This document shows positions 1 through 9,335 of a stretch of 64,000 nt of DNA, one piece after another (the first letter of the stretch is position 1; the number at the start of each line of letters is the position of its first letter). A program made the translations under genes and the position numbers. The DNA comes from Takakia lepidozioides (taxonomy: Eukaryota; Plantae; Bryophyta). The notes beneath the pieces are model-generated. The model was not told the origin of the DNA. It worked only from the letters and a program-made list of their open reading frames with translations, and did not search any database. Location of the stretch: assembly GCA_030704615.1 (NCBI GenBank), contig CM060731.1, forward strand, positions 32,364,001 to 32,428,000. Direction: 5' to 3'.

Positions 1-55
1 CAACCAGTCACCACTTCATCCTTTAAGCTCACAGTGGCTGGTTCTTCTAGGATTT

Positions 56-1231
56 CTATCTCTCCCTCCTTTTCTTCATAGAAATGTGGTGGGTAACTGC
101 TGGTTTCCTCTTCAATGGTGTTGCCGACACTACACCACAGCAGATACCTCTTAAACAACTTAGGCTTTCCAGCCGCATCTCCGCAACCTGCTCCCATTCT
201 GGGTGTGCAGCAAATAGGGTAGCTTCCTGCTCCTCATCCAGTCCTCCTCTCCAGTCATACTCTCTGACTCCTCGAGGTCTTCTTGTAGCAGGTAATCTAC
301 TAGATTTCTTTGTGGTAATTTGTATCTCGTGCATCCCATTATGCACAGTTAGTAACTGAGAATTCCAGTCATGGAATACCCTGGCCTGTTTCAGCCACGG
401 ACGTCCCAATAATAAGGAGTAAGCCTCCATGACTTCATCCATTTTTAATACAGTTACTGTGATCATAAAGATCATTTTCTGTATCTGTATCTTAACTCCT
501 CTTATTAATCCCAATGGCTGTACACTTCTTTGATCTGCCATTGTTACTGTAAATGGGGCTGGTTTCATGTTACTTAGACCAAGCTTCTTCCTTAATTGGT
601 CTGTCATGATATTTACTCCAGAACCACCATCTATCAGTACATCAGTTAGTTCTGTGCTTCCAATTCTCAATTGGATTACTGGCATAGAATCATCAAAGTC
701 CATGACTGGTTCTCGCCCTTCCGGCTTCACATTATAACTGGTCACCTTGCTGTTCAGGTCTGTGTTTCCTGTCTCTTGGGCAATTCGATTGATTGCCTGA
801 TACAGCCTGTGCCTACAATAAGGTGCCACAGCTAATAGCTGTCCAATGGTAATTTCTGCTTTGGTCTGACATATTACTGCAGCCAAAGTCTCTTCATTAC
901 TTTGCATGTCTGCATCTTTTTTTTTCCTTTCTTCCTCACTCCCTTCTTTTTCTCCATCCGAATCAGAGGAATCTGCCACAGGAATATCAGTACTCTTTTG
1001 CATTTCCCTTATAGTATCTGCCACTTCCTTGTGCAGTTCCTTCTCATCTTTCCAAGTCTCTTCATCTTCAGGCATATCATTGCCACTTCCATTCTCATCT
1101 TCTTCCTCTTCTACTGGAGGTATTAGTTTGGCTTTACTTCTTGTTACTATCATTGTACTTACTTCTGGTACAACACATGGCCTAACCATGTGAGCTGCCA
1201 CCACTGGGCCCTCATTCACAGGAGCTCTCAT
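56..1231 (-). CDS. pol: retroviral-type aspartic protease region of pol
   Basis: VLIDGGSGVNIM active-site motif and LLLGRPWL motif. Confidence 0.88.
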   Translation of the reverse strand: MRAPVNEGPVVAAHMVRPCVVPEVSTMIVTRSKAKLIPPVEEEEDENGSGNDMPEDEETWKDEKELHKEVADTIREMQKSTDIPVADSSDSDGEKEGSEEERKKKDADMQSNEETLAAVICQTKAEITIGQLLAVAPYCRHRLYQAINRIAQETGNTDLNSKVTSYNVKPEGREPVMDFDDSMPVIQLRIGSTELTDVLIDGGSGVNIMTDQLRKKLGLSNMKPAPFTVTMADQRSVQPLGLIRGVKIQIQKMIFMITVTVLKMDEVMEAYSLLLGRPWLKQARVFHDWNSQLLTVHNGMHEIQITTKKSSRLPATRRPRGVREYDWRGGLDEEQEATLFAAHPEWEQVAEMRLESLSCLRGICCGVVSATPLKRKPAVTHHISMKKRRER

Positions 1232-1245
1232 CTCATTCTGGTGTC

Positions 1246-3126
1246 TTATCCAGAATGAACAGGCTGCCTTGCGATGTCCTGGCTGATTACAATAGTAACA
1301 TAGCTCTTCACCATTGGGTCCTCGCCCTTGGTCTGTTCTTGGATTATTTCTATAATCCTGATTCCCGGGCTGGTAATTCCCCCTTGGATTACCCTGATAG
1401 TTGCCTCTGGAATTTCCTTGGTAATTCCCTCTTGAATTACCTCTCCTTCCATGCCATTGTTATAACCACTAGACCTACCATAGTGGTCCTGATCATTATT
1501 TCTTCTTGGCTGGGGCTGCACCTGATGCACCCTTACTTGCCTAGGTTCTCTTGCAGCTGTCCTTCTGTTGTAGTAACAATTCTCAGTAGAATGGTTATCC
1601 ATTTTACAGATAGTACAGTGTTTCTCCTTCATGTGGCATTCTGTGGTGGTATGGCCTTCATTCTGGCACTTTGCACACCATACACCATTCCTCCAATGTG
1701 TTGCAGCCTCTGTGGCATACTTCTTCAAGATTTCTTCCAATTTTTTTTCATAGTTATCCCTCTTTAACTTCTCCTTTCTCTTACTCTTTCTTTTTAGTTC
1801 TTGCTCTTCTTCTTCATCTGACTCATCCTCAGAGTCCTCATCTTCTTTTTTCTCTCTCCTGAGCATTCCCAATTGCTCAATTCTGTTCGGAGTTTCAAAT
1901 GCCTCCTCCACTGTATTATGGGGTAACATATCCACTTTCTTTTGCAACTCTGGTCTTAATCCACTCACAAACCAAGTCTTCTGTAAACCGGGCGCTGGTA
2001 CTGCAGCCAGCTTTTTCATCATCAATTCCATCTTCTCCATATACTCTTCAACAGTTTCATGCTTCTTCTGCTTCAGCTGTTGTAAACTTCCATACACTTC
2101 ATCCTCAGTTTTACTTGTCCTGAACCTATTTCGAAATGCTGTATTCAAGTCATTCCAGGTTAGGAAATGATTATCAGGGAATCTTGCATACCATTCACTT
2201 GCTTTCTTGATAAGTGAACAAGGAAACAGTCTCATCTTGGCATCATCGCCATTCTCATTGTTCACTATACACATGTGCTCAAATTGGCTAATGTGTACAT
2301 CGGGATCCCCTTTTCCTGAATATATTGGAAAGGGTGGTTTTGCCCGTGTTGGTTGTAACGCCATCTGTGGCCCTACCTTCTGCCCACTGGCAGGTGCTGG
2401 CACCCTTGCTGGTGCTGGTCCTTCTGGACCTGTTGTTTTTGTGGTGGATCTTCCACCAAGTGGTGGCCCTTGAGCACTCCTTGCTTCTGGTCCCACGATA
2501 TTCACAGTATTCCCAGCTTCAGTTGCACTACTTCCCACACTCCCTGTCCCCCCAGAGCCAGATCCAGGCAGCCCGCCTGATCCCCCTGAGCCGACACCTT
2601 CGTTGGCCTGTGATCCAAGTGCTCCACTTGATCCAGGTCCAACGGGTTGGGATGTCCTGGTTGTAGTCTCAACCTCAGCTGTTGGGTCTACTTCTTCATT
2701 CATGTAACTCAACTGTAATGGTGTTGGAGAGTCTGAACTCTCCGTTGGCTCTGCCACATCCTCTTCTCCTTCTTCATCTTCTGCTTCAGAAACTGGAGTT
2801 CCTGCTTTTGGTGTTCCATGCCAACTCTTATCAAAGATTTCTGTCAAGTCTTTTATCCAAGGATGTACCTCAGATCTTTCACCTCGTGATTGATCTTCTT
2901 CATGTACCAATTCCCTTAATCTTTCTTGCAAAGAAACAGAAGGAGTGGCATCCAACTCTAGTTCTTCCGGTATAGGTGATGCACTTTTTGATCTTGATGG
3001 TGTGAGAGGTCCAGATGATTCCCCTATGTCTATTCCTCTCTCCCAAAGATATGGATAATTAGCTTTCAGATAGCTTTCTCTTTTTGATGAATATCTTTGT
3101 CGTCTAGCTTCTCTTTCATCACTCAT
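1246..3126 (-). CDS. gag: retrotransposon Gag
   Basis: YSGKGDPDVHISQFE...LFPCSL...ASEWY...TWNDLNTAFRNRF capsid-like segment; CAKCQNEGHTTTEC and CTICKMDNHSTENC knuckles; probable frameshift near 1440. Confidence 0.88.
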   Translation of the reverse strand: MSDEREARRQRYSSKRESYLKANYPYLWERGIDIGESSGPLTPSRSKSASPIPEELELDATPSVSLQERLRELVHEEDQSRGERSEVHPWIKDLTEIFDKSWHGTPKAGTPVSEAEDEEGEEDVAEPTESSDSPTPLQLSYMNEEVDPTAEVETTTRTSQPVGPGSSGALGSQANEGVGSGGSGGLPGSGSGGTGSVGSSATEAGNTVNIVGPEARSAQGPPLGGRSTTKTTGPEGPAPARVPAPASGQKVGPQMALQPTRAKPPFPIYSGKGDPDVHISQFEHMCIVNNENGDDAKMRLFPCSLIKKASEWYARFPDNHFLTWNDLNTAFRNRFRTSKTEDEVYGSLQQLKQKKHETVEEYMEKMELMMKKLAAVPAPGLQKTWFVSGLRPELQKKVDMLPHNTVEEAFETPNRIEQLGMLRREKKEDEDSEDESDEEEEQELKRKSKRKEKLKRDNYEKKLEEILKKYATEAATHWRNGVWCAKCQNEGHTTTECHMKEKHCTICKMDNHSTENCYYNRRTAAREPRQVRVHQVQPQPRRNNDQDHYGRSSGYNNGMEGEVIQEGITKEIPEATIRVIQGGITSPGIRIIEIIQEQTKGEDPMVKSYVTIVISQDIARQPVHSG

Positions 3127-3147
3127 GTCCCATGTCTTTCATTTCTT

Positions 3148-3843
3148 TTAATGTGGCAATAACCAAAACTCTCTTCTGTAATATCTCTCGTATATGCCTG
3201 GGTTTCTTTCAAGCTTCAATGCACCCTTGGCTATACTTGAAGTCTCCGTTACCATATAACCATATGGCAAACAAGTCTGAAAAGCTGTTCTTGGTGTGAG
3301 TTTGATCCACAAAATATCCTTTGGAATCCAATTCTTTACCAGTACAAGCTCTTCATGCATATGAGTATAAACATTCACCTTTCTTTCTTCCCAGCCTTCA
3401 AACTCTACTCGTTTAATGGATAGCAACGCTATCACATAAACTAATGTTGGTAACCAACGTGCTCTTCCTCTACAGGCTACCTGATAAATCTTTATCACTC
3501 CTTTCTCCAGACCCCATTCTGGATCAGCATCATGCACTCGTTTAAGAATATTTTCTTTACATCCGTCTGGCAATTCCAAGAACCTTTGAAAGAATTGTTT
3601 GGACAATCTTTCTTCCTTCGTTCCACAGGGAATTTGATTCACTTCAAATTCTTTAATGGTCCAACCACCATGATCCCACCAGATGCCTGTCACATCTGGT
3701 TGTTCATGTCCCAGGTCCCCAGTATGGTCGCCAAATGTCGCGCGGCTTTTACTCACCCATCCCTTCGCTATCCGAGGCGGAAACTCCAAGATAGAAGAGT
3801 TGGAAATCTCTAAGTACTCAGCCCGCGCAGAACAATCAGTCAT
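3148..3843 (-). CDS. extra ORF upstream of gag, unknown function
   Basis: 231-codon open frame spanning the LTR end and PBS to just before gag; true start uncertain. Confidence 0.4.
   Translation of the reverse strand: MTDCSARAEYLEISNSSILEFPPRIAKGWVSKSRATFGDHTGDLGHEQPDVTGIWWDHGGWTIKEFEVNQIPCGTKEERLSKQFFQRFLELPDGCKENILKRVHDADPEWGLEKGVIKIYQVACRGRARWLPTLVYVIALLSIKRVEFEGWEERKVNVYTHMHEELVLVKNWIPKDILWIKLTPRTAFQTCLPYGYMVTETSSIAKGALKLERNPGIYERYYRREFWLLPH
3716..3733 (-). other. primer binding site (tRNA-Arg-like)
   Basis: Minus strand reads TGGCGACCATACTGGGGA, resembling the TGGCGAC...CTGGGGA PBS of Tat/Ogre-type elements. Confidence 0.7.
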
Positions 3844-4373
3844 GACCTACAGCTAGTGTATCATGGGGGTGTTTCCTATGCGTTTCCCTTTTCTCATTCA
3901 TCTTAGCTACCTTTGGCATTGATAATTAAGTATCAGTTTGCTTCATCAATCTATCGGTTTCCTTCACTCATCCATTCAATCCACAGCTTCTCTCAGATCT
4001 CTCTACACAGTGTGATTGTATCGTATAAGTATCAGATTATGATTTATCAGGTATCAGGCCGAAGTCATTATGTCTCTAATCTGCTCTCCAATATCACTAC
4101 AGCTTTGCATATAACAAGCATCTACTAATCCCCTTTCCTCCTTCATCGTGCTCTCCATCTCTTGCCTCCGATCTCCGCTCCTGCCTGACTCCGAAGTCCC
4201 CCTCCGAATAATGATGATGCTCCTTCATTCCCCGTTTTTCCCTTTATCCTCCTATCCGCGGTTCTAACCGTTTCCCTCTCTAACCGTCGTCTGTGAACTA
4301 ACATGTTCCCTTCACAGGTGTTGTTCCCCACCGTCGTTCCCTGTCCTACTCTTCGTTCCCTATTATCGTGACA
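3736..4373 (-). repeat. 5' LTR (~640 bp)
   Basis: Starts TG and ends CA with 7-bp imperfect inverted ends (tgtcgcg / cgtgaca); lies 2 nt from the PBS. The partner LTR is not in the window. Confidence 0.7.
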
Positions 4374-4602
4374 GCTGTGTGGGCTGTGTGGGGCTGTGAC
4401 GACTGTGACGGGCTGTGTTGGCTGTGTGGGCTGTGACGACTGTGACGGGCTGTGTTGGCTGTGTGGGCTGTGACGACTGTGACGGGCTGTGTTGGCTGTG
4501 ACGGCTGTGTGGGCTGTGTGGGCTGTGACGACTGTGACGGGCTGTGTTGGCTGTGTGGGCTGTGACGACTGTGACGGGCTATGTCGGCTGTGACGACTGT
4601 GT
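4374..4602. repeat. tandem array of 9-bp modules (gctgtgtgg / gctgtgacg / actgtgacg)
   Basis: Directly visible; abuts the LTR end, so it is the insertion site of the retroelement. Confidence 0.9.
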
Positions 4603-4719
4603 AACCCCCCTCTACAGTGCGCTGCTGTCACCCCTAAGGCTCCTGTTGGTCTCAGTCTGTGCAAAATTAAGGGTACCCTACAGATCCCGTATAAGTGTCT
4701 AAGTCCCCTACAGTCCTCT

Positions 4720-6968
4720 AACACTCCCTCATCTTCATTTTCTTGAGGCTTGCCTCGTCTAAAATCTGCTGTACACGACTACGTTCGGAACACCTCCTAA
4801 TGGACACCGAAGCAAGCCGGGTAGCATAAGTAGGAAGGATGTACTCCCTTTCTGGACTAGGCATGAAATCCCCCTGGCAAAAAAAGGCACGTTCCTCCTG
4901 CCCATGAACTCCGGTGTAGACGTCCCTCCGGCAGTACTTGGCATCCTACAGTAAGAACAAATCCACTTCAAGAATGTCAATACCAGCACAACCAGAAAGG
5001 GTTTTCAATGAAATAAGAGAGCGGAGGGAGGTGCCTCACCAAATCTGGAGGCAACTTACAATGCCACCACTCACTCGTAAACCGGGGGCTCCTCGGCCTC
5101 GATCCCAACTTCCTCCCCCTGCTCCTTCTCGGATTTTTCCTCGTCCTCCGAGGATGCCTCTTCCTCTTTCGGCAGACGTTCAGCCGCTGCAAGTTCCGAG
5201 TTGTGGAGGGCAGTATCTGGCTCGAAGGCGAACACATGCCTGTCGGACAACGTCCCTGCCCACATTGAAGCACCTGAGGAACAAAGCGGGCGGTTAATAG
5301 CTTGCGGCATGCAATTGCAATCGGGCCAGGGGACAAACTGAGCACGTGAAGGCTTACCCGTGCCGCATGTGAGGTCCAGAATCCGCCCTTGGACATCCGA
5401 GCACGTCTCCATGAGGGTTTGGATGAAAGCAGGGCTCCGGGTCCGGCTGTACCGCCACGGTTTGCCTGTCTTTGTGTCCTTCGGCATACTGGAGTGGGGC
5501 ACATAGTTGTAGAGGACATTGTAGGTTACAGGGTCCGCAGCGACATCAACAAGACGACCGTCATTGCGGAATTTGAATGTAGACCCTCTCTTCACAAAGC
5601 AATATGCCTCAAACACCAATGTCTGCACATTCAATAAAGAAGGGATCAACTCCAGGGTCTACTTAACATACACCACAATATGAAGTGAATGCAATAGATT
5701 GATAACTTACACTTTGGCCCTCTGTTCGCAACCCCTGTGTACTGATGCAGAACCATTTTCTGAGGAGGACCGGGGTGACACTTTTCGGTGTCCACCTTGC
5801 CACCGCATTCTCTGTGGTCTTCCCTCTCGTGGCAAGGACAACCACACATCCACCGTCATCCAGAAGCATCCCCGCCAGCCCAAACCCGGCTTTCCAGTAG
5901 TCCTCAGTAAACCTGTTCCAGGTGGGCACACCATCTAGGCCCTCCAGCAGCTCCCCATCTGGAATGTCGAGGAGAATCATGTCGCAAGCTCTCTCCACCT
6001 CACCCCCCCCCCCGAGCGCTCTTGCAATTCGTGCTCACAGCCGTGAAGAATTCCATCATGGCTTCAAAACCAGGGGTGTCTTTAGGCTCTGTACTGGCAG
6101 CCCTCTTCTTGGCTTTCCCCTTCTGCTCCGCCAGAGACTTGCTGTGTGCCACCTTCTTCGCCCTGGTAGCGAGAGCGTCAAGGAAGCTCTCATTGACGCA
6201 TTGGATGATGGTTGGAGGTTCTAGCTTTGGCCTGTGCGTAAACGTCACCGCCGAATACCGCCGTGTAGGCTCGCCCTCAAATGCCAACTTCTTGGCAGAG
6301 CCAGTCCCACTCCGAACTGACTTGGGAACCCGGACGACCGGTGACTGGGTAGGAGCAAGAGCAGTTGCAGGACCTTGAACAAAGTCGTCGTCCGAGTCAC
6401 TCTCTTGGGTCCCCTCCTGCGCCTCCTCCGATGCCCCGATGGTTTTCTTCTTTTTGGGTGTTACTGCACTCAACTGTTTCCTTGTCCTTTTTCTTTGGCC
6501 TTTACTCTTCTCATGCAATTTCTCCTGAATTCCTGCCTGAGCAAGCTCCGCCGCTTTCCTGGAGTTCGCAAGTGCTTTTGCCTCTTTTGCACCCAAGTCG
6601 GAAATGTCCTTCCTTTCTTCTTCCAAATAAACTGTGCCCGGTTTGAGCTTGAATTTGGAACAAAGGTAAGTTTCAGTCACTCTGCAAAGTCCTCCCTCGT
6701 TTGGGATCCAGGCTCTCCCAAGTTGCGGAGGACAGCAAACTATAGCGTAGGAATTCGGAGCCATAGAACACCGCACGAAGTTGGCAAGTGCGAGGTTCAG
6801 TATAGCGACAGACCAAGGCTCACAGGCACCATGCGGAGTCCATCGACGATTGGAAGTCGCACATTGAAGTGGAAAGTATTGTTTCAAGCTACATGCATGA
6901 AGGTGGGAGGTTTGATTCCATAGCCAGTAAGTATGACAATGATGGCCGATTCGGCGTCGAAATAACAT
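4720..6968 (-). CDS. gene A: amino-methyltransferase-like protein, paralog of the C-terminal half of gene B, no ParB domain seen; multi-exon, frameshifts at homopolymers
   Basis: Exons approx 6770-5711, 5622-5358, 5273-5075 and 4945-4720 with GT-AG introns. Motifs CDMILLDIPDG and RSPAFIQTLMETCSDVQGRILDLTCGTG|ASMWAGTLSDRHVFAFE. Last exon RNVPFFAR.DFM.SP matches 13815-14303. Confidence 0.75.
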
Positions 6969-7177
6969 CTCCTGACAGTTTCTCCTGAGGGTGGATCCAA
7001 CAGTATTCTTGGTGCAGACATGAACGTTCGCACTGACAATTGCCAGTACTGTTAGTTAAAACGGTCAGACAACCAAGTTGTGCTCATCAAGACTGGCCGC
7101 AATTGTGTTGTTTCGGAACAATGCAACCCATTGAGGTTCCAGATTTCCCGTCCCGAGTGATTCTTTCGATTGCCGGT

Positions 7178-8780
7178 GGACGGAAATACGGCGCCGCATT
7201 TCCGTATTGCTTCTTGGTCATGCACCAGAGCGACGGAAATGTGGCACCGAGTTTCCGTCCGGGGGAAACCTTTATACTCTCCAGAACGGAAATGCGGTAA
7301 CGCATTTCCATCCAGCAAGCACGGTATGTGAAGGTGGAACGGAAATGCGGTACCGCATTTCCGTTCTGATTGACAATTATGAACAACGGGAACAGAAATA
7401 CGGCACCGCATTTCCGTCCGAGTCGCACATTTCCGACATTCCTGAACGGAACTGCGGCGCCGCATTTCCATTTTGTATCTGATGCATGGAGCTGAGGGAT
7501 AAAAATGATGCAGCACATTTCCGTCCGTAAAAGACATTCATACTCTCCAGAACGGAAATGCGGTAACGCATTTCCATCCAACAAGCACGGTATGTGATGG
7601 TGGAACGGAAATGCGGTACCACATTTCCGTTCTGATTGAGAATTATGAACAACGGGAACAGAAATGCGGCACCGCATTTCTGTCCGAGTCGCACTTTCCG
7701 ACATTCCAGAACGGAAATGCGGCGCCGCATTTCCATTTTGTATCTGATGCATGGAGCCGAGTGCGATTCCGACCGCTTGAGACATTCATACTATCCAGAA
7801 CGGAAATGCGGTACCGCATTTCCGTTCTGACTGAAAATCGTGAACCATCGGAACTGAAATGCGGCAGCGCATTTCCATCCAAGCCGCACCTCCCAACATT
7901 CCAGAACGGAAATGCGGCACCGCATTTCCGTTCTGATGAAATATCCTGAAACATCGGAACTGAAATGCGGTACCGCATTTCCGTCGGAGTCGCACCTTCC
8001 GACATTCCAAAACGGAAATGCGGCGCCGCATTTCCGTTTTGTATGTGAGGCATGGAGCTGTGGAACGAAAATGCGGCACAGCATTTCCGCCAACGTCAGA
8101 CGTTAATACTCTACAGAACGGAAATGCGGTACCGCATTTCCGTTGTGACTGAAAATCGTGAGCAACGGGAACAGAAATGCGGCACCGCATTTCCGTTCGA
8201 GTCGCACCTTCCGACATTCTAGAACGGAAATGCGGCGCCGCATTTCCGTTTTGTATATGGGGCCTGGAGCTGTGGGACAGAAATGTGGTGCCGCATTTCC
8301 ATCCATGTGAGACCTTCAAACTTTCCAGACCGGAAATGCGGCACCGCATTTCTGTTCAGGTGAGACCTCTATACTTTCCCGAACGGAAATGTGGCACGGC
8401 ATTTCCGTTCATCAACTAACGTATGTGAAGGGGGAACGGAAATGCGGTACCGCATTTCCGTTCACATTGAAAATCATGAACCACGAGAACTGAAATGTTG
8501 TGCCTCATTTCCGTCCGAATCGCACCTTTCGACATTCCAGAACGGAAATGCGGCGCCGCATTTCCCTTTTGTATCTCATACATGGAGCTGTGGGACGGAA
8601 ATGCGGCACCGTATTTCCGTTCAACAACTAAGGTATGTGAAGGTGGAACGGAAATGCAGTGCCGCATTTTCTTCCAACAAGTACGGATGTGTAGCTTCGT
8701 GATGGTACTTAACGGAAATGCGGCGCCGCATTCGCATTTTCACTCCAACTCATCAGACGCTGGGACGAAATGCCTTGAAA
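7178..8780. repeat. array of ~29-30 palindromes with a 53-bp period
   Basis: Consensus (GAA)CGGAAATGCGG-YR-CCGCATTTCCG(TTC) starting at 7181, 7234, 7287, 7340, 7393 ... 8543, 8596, 8649; spacers recur as a ~265-bp (5-unit) higher-order repeat. Confidence 0.95.
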
Positions 8781-9335
8781 TGTGAACACGTGGAACAACG
8801 GAATTGTTGCACATGTCGGCACTCTATCTGACTGAAGTGGCATGTGGCGGCGCGGCCTGACCGTTGGATAATGATGTTTGTTTTTCGGACGGCAGGCGTA
8901 CCCTCAACGATTCGAATTTCGTAATGACGCAAACTCCCCGAGGAGACACTTTCGTCCAACCCTTTCGAACCCAAGTGGTGCATCACCGCCGTTTCATCTA
9001 CTTTTGTCGTGTCTCCTCAGTCACCCCTCTCGCGCCCTTTCCATCTGCACTCTTTGCCCCTTTTCCCTCTCTCTGTTCTTCTTATGCTCGAACCTAAGAG
9101 GGGGGGAGTTCGTGCACCAGACAGGAGACCTCGTCGCAAGCTCCGGAAATTATACTTCGGACGTAGGCCAATGCCGAAGGGGAGGAAGCAGATGCGTCTA
9201 TAGGAGGAAATTGCCATCTCCGAGCAGCAGGCCACTCAGGCAACCCAGCCACCAGTGAGAGCTCCATGCGATCGGGCTGCGCGCAGCTGATCGAGCACCA
9301 AACCCCCCATTTTGCTTCTGTAATTCTTAGACTGA

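Larger units (their letters stand above)
1..4373 (-). mobile_element. Ty3/Gypsy LTR retrotransposon, 5' part (LTR, PBS, extra ORF, gag, protease); continues beyond the left window edge
   Basis: LTR bounded by TGTCGCG...CGTGACA, adjacent PBS, then gag with two zinc knuckles and an aspartic protease in Gypsy order. Confidence 0.9.

Noticed and set aside
4143-4724. 193-aa ORF
   Set aside because: Spans the LTR junction and a 9-bp tandem repeat; chimeric and low complexity
7178-8780. CRISPR array (palindromic repeat plus ~28-bp spacers)
   Set aside because: Spacers recur in a 5-unit higher-order repeat, the repeats are degenerate, no cas genes are present, and the context is eukaryotic
7040-8785. 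Many overlapping ORFs with GNAAPHFR / KCGAAFP / EMRRRIS repeats
   Set aside because: Artefacts of the palindrome being open in several frames on both strands
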